64,000 nucleotides of DNA, taken from a virus. The DNA is taken from positions 1 through 64,000 of IMG/VR virus record IMGVR_UViG_3300038760_000071; one strand, given 5' to 3'. Numbering within the stretch: the stretch's first letter is position 1; the number at the start of each line of letters is the position of its first letter. The notes beneath the pieces are model-generated. The model had not been told where the DNA came from. It saw nothing but the letters and a program-made list of their open reading frames with translations, and searched no databases. A program made the translations under genes and the position numbers. Shown here piece by piece: positions 50,651-59,670 of the stretch.

Positions 50651-51187
50651 ATGTATGACCATGACCACAGTCTATATTACAGGCAACTTAAAGAGAAGGA
50701 TCCAGACAAAACTATAGTTGCGTTCACGGGTGGAAACTTTGATTACATTCACTATGGCTATGTTGTGACCTTCGAAGAAGCAAAGAGACATTGTGATAAG
50801 TTCATTGTTTTCTTGCAGAAAGACCCATCATCAACAAGATATACTAAGTATAAGCCTATTGTACCATATTATGAGAGGTACAAAACATTAATGTCAATTA
50901 AGCATATTGATGAAGTATATATGTATCAAACTGAGAGTGAGCTGTATGATTTAATTAAATTGTTTAAACCTGATATTAGAATACTCGGCGAAGATTATCT
51001 CGGTAAATCATTTACTGGAGATGATTTGCCACCTAAAGTAATTTATACCACTAGATCTCATGAATGGTCTACAACAAAAATTAAAAATAGGATTGCTGCT
51101 ATGACGTATGCACAAAATCCAGATATGTTTAAAGGTATAAATATTGATCAAATTAAAAATAATAACTTCTCGAGTATAGAACAATAG
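50651..51187 (+). CDS. Cytidylyltransferase (TagD-like)
   Basis: GNFDYIHYGY, LGEDY, RSHEWSTTKIK motifs. Confidence 0.85.
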   Translation: MYDHDHSLYYRQLKEKDPDKTIVAFTGGNFDYIHYGYVVTFEEAKRHCDKFIVFLQKDPSSTRYTKYKPIVPYYERYKTLMSIKHIDEVYMYQTESELYDLIKLFKPDIRILGEDYLGKSFTGDDLPPKVIYTTRSHEWSTTKIKNRIAAMTYAQNPDMFKGINIDQIKNNNFSSIEQ

Positions 51188-51190
51188 AGT

Positions 51191-52159
51191 ATGAAAAGAT
51201 ATCTAGTAACAGGTGGCTGCGGTTTCATTGGCTCATACGTGGTGGAAAAATTATTAAAAGATGAAAATAATTTTATCACCGTTATCGATAAAATGGGTAT
51301 AGGTTCATCACCAGATAATATTATAAATGGGCATCCAAGAGTAAATTATATCTTTAGAGATATTGCAACTGGGGATATTGCAGCTGCAATACCATCAGGC
51401 AAGATGGATTATGTGATACATCTAGCAGCAGAGTCACATGTTGATCGATCAATTGAAGAGTCCTCACCGTTTGTGCAAAGTAACGTAGCCGGTACAGTTA
51501 ATATATTGAATTATGTTAAAGACGTTGGTTCTAGAATGGTTCATGTTTCTACTGACGAGGTGTATGGTCATCTAAATCTTACTTCACCACCTTTTAGAGA
51601 GAGTGACTCCCTCCAGCCAAGATCACCATATGCAGCATCTAAAGCATCCTCTGATTTGTTTGTTCAATCATACTTTAAAACATATAATATTGATGTATCC
51701 ATTACAAGGTGTTGTAATAATTATGGTCCACGACAGCATCATGAGAAGCTGATACCTACTATTATTAGATCAATTATATCTGGTAAAAAGGTTCCTATAT
51801 ATGGGAATGGTATGAATATACGAGAATGGATCCATGCAAAAGATCATGCTGCAGCAATAATAGAGGTACTATATATGAATGCTCCTGGCACAGTTTTTAA
51901 TATACCAGGATCAAAACACCTAACCAATATTGATATTACTAAAAAAATTATTGAAATAGTAGAGAAACAATTACCGTCTATAAAGAGAGACGGGGACGAT
52001 TATATTGAATTTGTAGTAGATAGGCTCGGGCATGATTTTAGATATGCAGTCGCGACACAATATAATCTACAAGCAGTTGAATATCAGCAAGAGTTTTGTC
52101 TTGAAGATACGGTTGCACATTATCTTAAAAAATATAGTGAATTAAAACAAATACTTTAA
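51191..52159 (+). CDS. rmlB: dTDP-glucose 4,6-dehydratase
   Basis: VTGGCGFIG, AAESHVDRS, STDEVYG, YAASKA, NNYGP, EKLIP, DRLGHDFRY motifs. Confidence 0.95.
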   Translation: MKRYLVTGGCGFIGSYVVEKLLKDENNFITVIDKMGIGSSPDNIINGHPRVNYIFRDIATGDIAAAIPSGKMDYVIHLAAESHVDRSIEESSPFVQSNVAGTVNILNYVKDVGSRMVHVSTDEVYGHLNLTSPPFRESDSLQPRSPYAASKASSDLFVQSYFKTYNIDVSITRCCNNYGPRQHHEKLIPTIIRSIISGKKVPIYGNGMNIREWIHAKDHAAAIIEVLYMNAPGTVFNIPGSKHLTNIDITKKIIEIVEKQLPSIKRDGDDYIEFVVDRLGHDFRYAVATQYNLQAVEYQQEFCLEDTVAHYLKKYSELKQIL

Positions 52160-52636
52160 GATAAGATCGTCATCAGTTGGCGGGCTATCGCTATCATCTA
52201 CCTCATCATCACCAACCTCTTGGTCATCTTGATACTCCTCGTAATATGAGTATATATCATTCTCACTCCCCTCATCAAATATAGTCGTCGTGTCATCTGA
52301 TGAGGGTTGATGCACTACATATTTGTCCTTAATGTCTGCAACTATAATTTTCTTAAGGAGTTTAGATTCGGTATTTTTTTTAGCTCTTGCAAGAAAATCC
52401 TTTACCTCGTTACTAGTAAATTTACCTTTAAGCTCAACAACAGGGTCCGTATAAGTTCCCCAAATATGAGTCGTTATATACTTTTTAGTAAGTGTGGCAC
52501 AATCTCTAATAACAAAGTATGCCGCTTTCTTTTTAATTTCTACACCAATGTCTGGCTTTTCACTAGCCCTACACGCGGGGCTATATATTTTAGCAATAGG
52601 GTCTGAGCTATTTTCTAGAATTACCTCTTCGAACAT
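52142..52636 (-). CDS. Hypothetical late protein with acidic tail
   Basis: 164-aa ORF; TAAATA-5nt-ATG. Confidence 0.7.
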   Translation of the reverse strand: MFEEVILENSSDPIAKIYSPACRASEKPDIGVEIKKKAAYFVIRDCATLTKKYITTHIWGTYTDPVVELKGKFTSNEVKDFLARAKKNTESKLLKKIIVADIKDKYVVHQPSSDDTTTIFDEGSENDIYSYYEEYQDDQEVGDDEVDDSDSPPTDDDLILKYLF

Positions 52637-52658
52637 GAGTATATTTAGTGTCTAAGGA

Positions 52659-52739
52659 AAGGAACTCTGATATAATAGGTAATAGGTGTTGAACTAGCGT
52701 GTATGCCCCTTAAACTACGATAAGGAACTCTTATATAAT
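52659..52739 (+). promoter_or_regulatory. Two tandem AAGGAACT-N4-TATAAT promoter motifs
   Basis: AAGGAACTCTGATATAAT at 52659 and AAGGAACTCTTATATAAT at 52722. Confidence 0.75.
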
Positions 52740-52743
52740 TAAC

Positions 52744-52929
52744 ATGAAGAAAAAATTTCCACGGAAACCGTTTGAGTATGGGAAGTATCTAGTTGAGTAT
52801 AGCGAGGATACTGAGGATATTCTCAGATTTCTAAAGGAAAAGTTGGATACTATAGAGGAAGCAAGATCGGCAAGGGACAAGCTTGTCGTTGAAGGATATT
52901 ACAAACCAAAAATTAAAAAAGTCGGATGA
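52744..52929 (+). CDS. Hypothetical protein
   Basis: 61-aa ORF directly after the promoter motif. Confidence 0.7.
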   Translation: MKKKFPRKPFEYGKYLVEYSEDTEDILRFLKEKLDTIEEARSARDKLVVEGYYKPKIKKVG

Positions 52930-53411
52930 TTATACTAACACCATCACTAGCAATTCAGAAAGTAACAGGCATTGATTTCGATACTCTAAGTAATATAATT
53001 ACTTTAGTACTGGAGAAAAATTTCGATAGAGCATTTTACTATCGTGTGAATATTCACAAATCACGTGACGTAGAACTCTCATCTGTAATTTTACATATTA
53101 ATCAGCATTACCAGAGAGATTTTAAGATGTTACTATCACCTTATGATCATTTAAAGTATAATGAGAATCTGAAGCATAACATTGGTACAATTCTCCATGA
53201 GATTAGACATATCATACAGCACACCCTCTTCCGGTACAAGGTAACTGCAACATTTGAGACAAACGCGGAATACCACAATTCTACAGAGGAGGTTGATGCT
53301 AGAAATTTTGAAAAGCTTACAACTGTTATAACGAATTCATATAAACTCCTAGCGGAGAATGCGCGACAAATATTCGAGAAAAACAACTTAGGAACTCTGA
53401 TACAATTATAG
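52926..53411 (+). CDS. HExxH zincin-like metallopeptidase domain protein
   Basis: ILHEIRHIIQ...EEVDAR. Confidence 0.65.
   Translation: MIILTPSLAIQKVTGIDFDTLSNIITLVLEKNFDRAFYYRVNIHKSRDVELSSVILHINQHYQRDFKMLLSPYDHLKYNENLKHNIGTILHEIRHIIQHTLFRYKVTATFETNAEYHNSTEEVDARNFEKLTTVITNSYKLLAENARQIFEKNNLGTLIQL
53389..53406 (+). promoter_or_regulatory. GGAACT-N4-TACAAT promoter motif
   Basis: TAGGAACTCTGATACAAT. Confidence 0.65.
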
Positions 53412-53461
53412 AGTAGATTAGATAAACATAAACAATACAACTATAAACACAAATATATATC

Positions 53462-54289
53462 ATGGGATTTTTTAACCAAATTACATCATTAGACGATATT
53501 CCGCAATTCAATGTCAAGAAGGTCAGCTTGTTCGATTCTATGCAAAGAAAAATTCCTGACACTTACTCCTTGCAGAGAACAGATGATCACACACATCTAG
53601 GAATCGTTAAGGATAAGTACGTGCCTATTCAGCTTGAAGAGATGGTTGACATTATCGGTCGCGCTTCAGATAAAGTAGGGGATATCAACCACATCGGTTA
53701 CACTGTTTCACGAGGTGGTAGGAAAGTGTTAATTCAGTCTGAGTTGAAGGAAACCATTAACGTTGATGATGATTTGATCAAACCACTCTTTTATACTGTT
53801 ATTGATAATACCGGGGGTGGTGCAAACAAGACAATCCCATCAACTATTCGTATTGCTTGTGATAACGCGTTTCATCTAATCAAGCAGAGTGGGGATAATA
53901 GTAATAGAGCTTTTCACAACCATTTATTCACCGGGCGAGTTGATCTAATGGCAGATAATATCATTAGTTCAATTAAAACCGCGAGAAATTTTACTTCTAT
54001 TATAGAAAATTTAAAGGGAGTTAAGTTCTCACGTGATGAGATGGTTAAACTCACACAACGATTGATACCAGTCCAGGAAAATGAATCAGTAAAACGAATG
54101 CACAAACGTGAGAAACTAGTTTCTCTATACGAGAGTGGTCGTGGAAATGTTGGTGAAACAAAGTGGGATGCATTGAATGCAATCACGGAATTTGAAACTC
54201 ATACAGGTAGGAAATCTCCTGAAAAGCTCATTCGGAATTTAACTATGCCAACTCTTTCGAAAACCGGTATTGGTATGCTATTGGCATAG
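53462..54289 (+). CDS. DUF932/DUF945-family protein
   Basis: RTD...LGIV...Y.PIQ, GGRKV, RIACDN, TKWDALNAITE motifs. Confidence 0.8.
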   Translation: MGFFNQITSLDDIPQFNVKKVSLFDSMQRKIPDTYSLQRTDDHTHLGIVKDKYVPIQLEEMVDIIGRASDKVGDINHIGYTVSRGGRKVLIQSELKETINVDDDLIKPLFYTVIDNTGGGANKTIPSTIRIACDNAFHLIKQSGDNSNRAFHNHLFTGRVDLMADNIISSIKTARNFTSIIENLKGVKFSRDEMVKLTQRLIPVQENESVKRMHKREKLVSLYESGRGNVGETKWDALNAITEFETHTGRKSPEKLIRNLTMPTLSKTGIGMLLA

Positions 54290-54290
54290 A

Positions 54291-54527
54291 ATGAATAAAC
54301 ATAGAATGTTATTAGCCGACCCAGAAATTCCAGGAGAGGGAGCATGTATAGATATAACATGGTATTCAAAAAAACGTGATATAGTAGTTGAAAAAATAGA
54401 TATATATTTTATAATTAATTATATATTCGGTAATAGTGTAATTGATAATATAGATAATGTAAGTTACACAATGTTTCTGAATGCAGCACTTAACGAACTT
54501 GAAGAAAATAAAAATAAATTAACTTAA
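54291..54527 (+). CDS. Hypothetical protein
   Basis: ATG 1 nt after the previous stop codon. Confidence 0.55.
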   Translation: MNKHRMLLADPEIPGEGACIDITWYSKKRDIVVEKIDIYFIINYIFGNSVIDNIDNVSYTMFLNAALNELEENKNKLT

Positions 54528-54536
54528 ATAAAAATA

Positions 54537-54716
54537 ATGTACACAGGAAAAATTGGCGATCTAGAATTCATTCTAGAAAAAGATAATAAATGTAGAATTT
54601 GTGTCTATAATAAAGGTAGTGTTGATCCAATAGCATATATCGAGGTTAGCTCAGCTATCACTGAAAAATCTTTTCATTATGAGATTATGGATTTTGTAGC
54701 GAAACATACTAGCTGA
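54537..54716 (+). CDS. Small hypothetical protein (59 aa)
   Basis: Manual translation MYTGKIGDLEF...VAKHTS*; TAAATA-6nt-ATG. Confidence 0.6.
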   Translation: MYTGKIGDLEFILEKDNKCRICVYNKGSVDPIAYIEVSSAITEKSFHYEIMDFVAKHTS

Positions 54717-54725
54717 TACCCGGGT

Positions 54726-55808
54726 ATGAAAATAGTAACTTGGATATCTAACAAAATTAGGAAGGCTGCCCGCTGGCTCCATGGATTCTTTACGAGCCTG
54801 TATATCACACCGGTACTCCAGGGATTCTTTACGAGCCTGTATATCACACCAGTCCTAGGATCAGGTTCTGGATATCATACGAGTTCTCGGTATAATGATA
54901 TTAAATTAATTCGTCATAACAATATTATTGGCAACGGCATGCACCGTACAGGTTGGCCTTGGGTACATGATAATCTCAAAACAATACACTCGAGTGAAGG
55001 TATTTTGTTTGACGATTTCTTTGAGCAGAATTTTTGCTATAAAGATAAACCAGACACATATACCGAGCCATGGTCCACAATTATTCATCACCCAGCAAAT
55101 ATACCGTCGTTCGGGAACCATAGAGAGCGTCTCGACATCGCGTTTGAATCTAAGGCCTTTAAAGATAGTGAACCATATTTAAAACTCGTCTTCGCGCTGT
55201 CTGACAGTCTTGCAGATTGGCTTAGAACTAAACTATCTTGTAAGGTCATATCCTTAAAACATCCACAATTTTTAGATGTTAAGTCTACCTGGTTACCGGG
55301 TGAGGACAAGGAGGTATACCAGCTAGGATTTTATTTGAGAAACACAGCTTTATGTGATCAGATAAAACTCCCGGATGGGGTTACAGTTAAAAAGTTATGG
55401 AATAGTCTACCATGGCTGGAACCATACCATAATAAGGTCCAATCATATTGGGAAGCGAAGGGTAGAAAAACGCGACGTAATACAGAGTGTGTAAGTTTTG
55501 CAACACCGTCCAAGTATGATCAGATATTAAACACAAAAATTATTATTGCTGAATATTTTGAGGCGTCGGCATCAAATGTGGTGCTGGAATGTATATCTCA
55601 TCACACCCCCCTTATTGTAAACAGGCTACCAGCATTTGAGCAGTATCTAGGAAAGGAATACCCACTATTTTACGATAACATTAATGAAATCCCGAGACTA
55701 ATTGAACAAGCAGCTGAAGGCCACTTTTATCTAAAAACACTATCAACACGAGATCTGCAGATAGATTATTTTCTAAATAAGATTAAAGAAGAAATTTACA
55801 ATATTTAA
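54726..55808 (+). CDS. Glycosyltransferase-like protein (GT-B C-terminal signature)
   Basis: ASNVVLECISHHTPLIVNRLPAFEQYLG motif. Confidence 0.6.
   Translation: MKIVTWISNKIRKAARWLHGFFTSLYITPVLQGFFTSLYITPVLGSGSGYHTSSRYNDIKLIRHNNIIGNGMHRTGWPWVHDNLKTIHSSEGILFDDFFEQNFCYKDKPDTYTEPWSTIIHHPANIPSFGNHRERLDIAFESKAFKDSEPYLKLVFALSDSLADWLRTKLSCKVISLKHPQFLDVKSTWLPGEDKEVYQLGFYLRNTALCDQIKLPDGVTVKKLWNSLPWLEPYHNKVQSYWEAKGRKTRRNTECVSFATPSKYDQILNTKIIIAEYFEASASNVVLECISHHTPLIVNRLPAFEQYLGKEYPLFYDNINEIPRLIEQAAEGHFYLKTLSTRDLQIDYFLNKIKEEIYNI
54777..54854 (+). repeat. 39-bp in-frame tandem duplication
   Basis: Encodes LHGFFTSLYITPV / LQGFFTSLYITPV. Confidence 0.9.
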
Positions 55809-55817
55809 TAAACTACT

Positions 55818-56486
55818 ATGAAATCTAAATATGCTATAGTGTGTGGAAGTAGATCAGGTTCTTCATATTTATGTGACCTGTTAAAATCAACAAACAGAGC
55901 TGGTGATCCAAAAGAATACTTTAACACTGATATAACCTTTGATCATTTAAGAAACGGCAAAGGTTATATCGATAGCATTGTTAATGGTACTAAAACAGAG
56001 AATGATGTTTTTGGAGTTAAGATCGTTGGTAAAAAACAATTGGCAGCATACGCAGAAAGCTCGTTAGATATTACCCACTGTGTTCTTTTAACACGACACG
56101 ATACTATTGATCAAGCGATTTCCCGATATAAAGCGTGGAAGACAAATATCTGGCATTTTAAGGATGGTATGACATCCATTCCAAATATTGAATACTCTTA
56201 TGGAGATATCAAATGGTGTTTAGATGAGGTTATTGACGAGAATAAATTTTACAAAACTTTATTAAAGGGCACAAATTACCTAGAAATTGTATATGAAGAT
56301 GATTTATTAGAAAATCCCTCTCAAACAATTGTTTGTATTTTAGAACACCTAGGAATCTCTATAGAGGAACTTCCTGAACTAGTGTCAACTCAAATTATTT
56401 TTCGAAATGAGCAATCTAAACAGTGGAAGACAAAATTCATTCAAGAACTAAAATATAAAAAAACAGCTATAGATAATTATAGGTAG
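55818..56486 (+). CDS. Stf0/LpsS-family sulfotransferase
   Basis: RSGSSYLCDLL..G.PKEYF, FGVK, R.DTIDQAIS, YED motifs. Confidence 0.85.
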   Translation: MKSKYAIVCGSRSGSSYLCDLLKSTNRAGDPKEYFNTDITFDHLRNGKGYIDSIVNGTKTENDVFGVKIVGKKQLAAYAESSLDITHCVLLTRHDTIDQAISRYKAWKTNIWHFKDGMTSIPNIEYSYGDIKWCLDEVIDENKFYKTLLKGTNYLEIVYEDDLLENPSQTIVCILEHLGISIEELPELVSTQIIFRNEQSKQWKTKFIQELKYKKTAIDNYR

Positions 56487-56502
56487 ATAATAAATAGACT
56501 AC

Positions 56503-56838
56503 ATGAGTGAAGAATATCAACAACGACGAGCGTATGTTTCTAAAATTAAAAACAATAAAGCTCGAACATCAGCATCTAAAGAATACTTTCAATTGATCGT
56601 CGAAGATGGTGAGGCATATTTTTTCACCACAGTAGATTTTGACAGAGCTAAGAAGCGAGCAAATAAAAATTTAGAAGATATTATCGCGGTTGATTTTAAT
56701 ACTCAGAAACCAACTATTATTGAGAAGATTGTTAGAGTGACAGTAGCTGAAAAAAGTGTTGAGGTTGAGAAAGCTGTGAAGGCACGCCGGGATCGGAGAA
56801 GATTAACTCTACAGAAATCTTATAAATTAATTAAATAA
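56503..56838 (+). CDS. Hypothetical protein
   Basis: 111-aa ORF; TAAATA-6nt-ATG. Confidence 0.65.
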   Translation: MSEEYQQRRAYVSKIKNNKARTSASKEYFQLIVEDGEAYFFTTVDFDRAKKRANKNLEDIIAVDFNTQKPTIIEKIVRVTVAEKSVEVEKAVKARRDRRRLTLQKSYKLIK

Positions 56839-56845
56839 CTTTAAC

Positions 56846-56920
56846 GCGGGTGTAGCTCAGTGGTAGAGCCTCACGTTGCCAACGTGACTGTCATCGGTTC
56901 AAATCCGGTCACCCGCTCCA
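56846..56920 (+). tRNA. tRNA-Gly (GCC) with encoded CCA
   Basis: GCGGGTG/CACCCGC acceptor stem, TAGCTCAGTGGTAGAGC D-arm, TCACG-TTGCCAA-CGTGA anticodon arm, GTTCAAATC T-loop. Confidence 0.96.
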
Positions 56921-57120
56921 TTTAAAATGATATTAAAATATTTAAGAATTGGTTATATTAAATGTAGTATTAAAATTTTTATACTTAAATTAAGAATTAA
57001 GCTTAAATTCAGTCAACTAACAACATATCAAAAAAAACTAATTAAAGACTGTATAACTCAATATAACAACCTTTTTTAGTTGTAATCTAATTAATTGATG
57101 TTATATTATAAATATAACAT

Positions 57121-57894
57121 ATGACAAAACATATTATACTAACATTGTTGGCCGCTATAGCTACTGCTGCAGCGGGTGTAACTACCGGAAATCAACTATC
57201 TGTTGATACCGGTTATATTGAAAATAGTCTTACAGCGCCGAGCATCTCACTAGATGCAGCATTCACATCTCAAGAACTATGGCGAGGTGTGACTAGGGGG
57301 GATGATAGTACTCAAGTCTCCGCGTTTAGTAATATTACCTTTTCAAATAATATTAACACATACGCAGGTGTAACACTACGAAATACAGATGATACAGATT
57401 CTGAGTATATATTTACCGGTGGGGTAAGTAAAGACTTTAGTGCTCTAGGGCTTACTGGCACCAGTTTAGGAGTAGTTTTTAACTATTACACAGAAGGTAC
57501 AAGTGTTGTGGGTGATATTACTAGCGAAGTTGGTGTAATACTATCTCAACGATTTGATTGCTTTCTATTGGATAAAGCAGCTATTACGCAATACTTTACC
57601 ATGGAAGGTGAAGGTCAGGGGTATGGTGAGCTGCAGCTAGTAAAGACTGTCAATATTTTAGGTTTAGATGTTGATCTCACTGGGGTTGTTGGTTATCTCG
57701 CTGATGAGAGTGAGCTTACTCATTCTCAATTAACAATTAGTACTGACTGTAAAACAGGTGTTAATGATTTAGTCGTTACACCGTTTGTAACTACTCTGTT
57801 CTCTTTAACAGATGACTCAAATGGTGCGCGTGGAATCTATTCAGGCGCAGAGGATGAGGTTGCAGTCGGATTCCAGATTGGTTATAAGTTTTAA
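57121..57894 (+). CDS. Outer-membrane beta-barrel protein (TorF/Gcw_chp-like putative porin)
   Basis: Signal peptide, SQELWRGV, amphipathic beta strands, terminal GFQIGYKF. Confidence 0.75.
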   Translation: MTKHIILTLLAAIATAAAGVTTGNQLSVDTGYIENSLTAPSISLDAAFTSQELWRGVTRGDDSTQVSAFSNITFSNNINTYAGVTLRNTDDTDSEYIFTGGVSKDFSALGLTGTSLGVVFNYYTEGTSVVGDITSEVGVILSQRFDCFLLDKAAITQYFTMEGEGQGYGELQLVKTVNILGLDVDLTGVVGYLADESELTHSQLTISTDCKTGVNDLVVTPFVTTLFSLTDDSNGARGIYSGAEDEVAVGFQIGYKF

Positions 57895-57913
57895 TTAAAT
57901 ATAAACCTTAATT

Positions 57914-57950
57914 ACCCCCCGTGTTTATATTATATAAACACGGGGGGTTT
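57914..57950 (+). terminator. 16-bp perfect hairpin, probable terminator
   Basis: ACCCCCCGTGTTTATA-TTA-TATAAACACGGGGGGT followed by TT. Confidence 0.8.
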
Positions 57951-58015
57951 AGTTATTGGCTATTACATTGCATAATGTAATACTATATTATTTGGAACTT
58001 CAATATAATAGTAGT

Positions 58016-58417
58016 ATGGCTATTAACTTTAAGCGATTGGAGAAGATAACGAGAAGTCTTAAACCAATTTGCCAATCTGGCAAATCCTTTCACGCAACGT
58101 TTGTCTATAGAAAAAACAAGCTTGTATGTACCGCGTATAATAATTATAAAAAGCAACACCCATATTATAAATTTGGTACTTACAAATCCACAAAACGGGG
58201 TAGTGTAAATTATATACCAGGTATACACTCAGAGGTAGCTGCATTACTAAAAATGGGTAGAGTAGACTGCTCAAATTTAACATTTATAAATGTTCGGATT
58301 GATAATTCGAATAATGTAGCGATCTCAAAGCCGTGTCCTAACTGTCAAAGACTGTTAGATAGTATAGGTTATAAAAAAATATGGTATTATACTGGTAATA
58401 AATATATTTGCTGTTAA
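58016..58417 (+). CDS. Zn-dependent cytidine/dCMP deaminase-fold protein
   Basis: IHSEVAAL and KPCPNC motifs; start at ATG 58016 (TATAAT-6nt-ATG). Confidence 0.8.
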   Translation: MAINFKRLEKITRSLKPICQSGKSFHATFVYRKNKLVCTAYNNYKKQHPYYKFGTYKSTKRGSVNYIPGIHSEVAALLKMGRVDCSNLTFINVRIDNSNNVAISKPCPNCQRLLDSIGYKKIWYYTGNKYICC

Positions 58418-58425
58418 ATATAGGT

Positions 58426-58890
58426 ATGGGTACAAATAATAGATTATCATGGTGGCGCCGCATCCAACGTTTCTTTAACTGGTATAGGTCACCATCACCG
58501 CCGCGATATATATCACCATCACTTACGTCATCATCGACGCAGGTTATATCACCATCATCGACACCATCATTGACACCATCATTGACACCACCATCATCGA
58601 CCCCGGTTATATCACCATCATCGACCCCGGTTATATCACCATCATTGACACCACCATCATCGACCCCGGTTATATCACCATCAATGGCACACCCAATAGC
58701 ACCACCATCGACGCCGGTACCGGCGATATCTACACCCATCTCACCAGTATTAGGTGCGTGTATTAATGAGATTACAAGTAGAACTACGGTAGGTGCATGT
58801 GCACATGAATCTGCTAGAGTATCTGTGCTAGGAGTTAATATACATAATTTGTCTAAGCAAAATACAGCTGGTTATAGTGACTGGTACTAA
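58426..58890 (+). CDS. Small Pro/Ser/Thr-repeat protein
   Basis: SSTPVISP / SLTP repeats; TAAATA-5nt-ATG. Confidence 0.6.
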   Translation: MGTNNRLSWWRRIQRFFNWYRSPSPPRYISPSLTSSSTQVISPSSTPSLTPSLTPPSSTPVISPSSTPVISPSLTPPSSTPVISPSMAHPIAPPSTPVPAISTPISPVLGACINEITSRTTVGACAHESARVSVLGVNIHNLSKQNTAGYSDWY

Positions 58891-58909
58891 CACTTTAATT
58901 ATAAAATAG

Positions 58910-58938
58910 TTGATTTAAACATGGTTAAATGTTATAAT
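58910..58938 (+). promoter_or_regulatory. Sigma70-like promoter
   Basis: TTGATT-17nt-TATAAT, 6 nt before ATG 58945. Confidence 0.7.
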
Positions 58939-58944
58939 TTAACA

Positions 58945-59373
58945 ATGACTAAATTATTATATTTTACATTAATTGTAGTAATACTATATACAAACACAGG
59001 TTGTGTTGATACAGTATATGCTGCACCACCTGCATCTAACACGCGTGTAGTAAATGCTAGAATTACATATTACTGTGGCCGTGATAAGTGGGGATCCCGT
59101 GTAGCGTGTCCAAAGACGATAAGAGCAAATCGAGGGTTAACTGTAGCGGCACATCCCGATTTTAAATTTGGACAGAAAATTTATATCCCAAAGCTCAAGA
59201 ACATTATTGGGGATGGTTATTTCAATGTACAGGATAGGGGAAGCGCTGTTACGTCCCGGCTCGCATCAAAAGGTAAGGCATATGTGTTTGATGTATATGT
59301 TAGCTCGTATAATGAGCTAAAGCGGAATTCTCGTAAGCTGCCAATGTATATGGACGTGCACATCTCTCGATAA
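58945..59373 (+). CDS. 3D-domain (MltA-like) cell-wall protein with N-terminal hydrophobic anchor
   Basis: ITYY, VAAHP..FGQKIYIP, VQDRGSAV, FDVYV motifs. Confidence 0.75.
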   Translation: MTKLLYFTLIVVILYTNTGCVDTVYAAPPASNTRVVNARITYYCGRDKWGSRVACPKTIRANRGLTVAAHPDFKFGQKIYIPKLKNIIGDGYFNVQDRGSAVTSRLASKGKAYVFDVYVSSYNELKRNSRKLPMYMDVHISR

Positions 59374-59390
59374 AGGAACTCTTATATAAT
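59373..59390 (+). promoter_or_regulatory. AAGGAACT-N4-TATAAT promoter motif
   Basis: AAGGAACTCTTATATAAT, 6 nt before ATG. Confidence 0.75.
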
Positions 59391-59396
59391 AATAAT

Positions 59397-59642
59397 ATGA
59401 CTTGTAAATGTGGTAGAAAAATTGAACAACCAAGGGTAGAATTTAGTTTGAAGAACTGTGCTGCATGCGCTCATGCGCAGCCTGATGTTCCCAAGCTTAA
59501 AGGTGTTTTAAGATATGCTCATAAGACAGGGGCCGAGATTCAAATTATGTCTGAAGAATGTTTTAACTCGCAAAAAATATATTGGACCCCTCAGGGAGCT
59601 AGGAGCGCAGTTAAAAACTTCTCTAAGAATATTAGTTGCTAA
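59397..59642 (+). CDS. C4 zinc-finger protein (DksA/TraR-type finger)
   Basis: CKCGRKIEQPR......CAACA. Confidence 0.6.
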   Translation: MTCKCGRKIEQPRVEFSLKNCAACAHAQPDVPKLKGVLRYAHKTGAEIQIMSEECFNSQKIYWTPQGARSAVKNFSKNISC

Positions 59643-59670
59643 ATTAATACTATACCATTATAATAGATAT

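Noticed and set aside
52661-52670. GGAACT as an ECF-sigma -35 element
   Set aside because: No conserved ECF-type -10 at 16-17 nt; TATAAT instead follows at a fixed 4 nt.
56927-57079. 50-codon ORF after the tRNA
   Set aside because: Extremely AT-rich with no motif; cannot be distinguished from chance.
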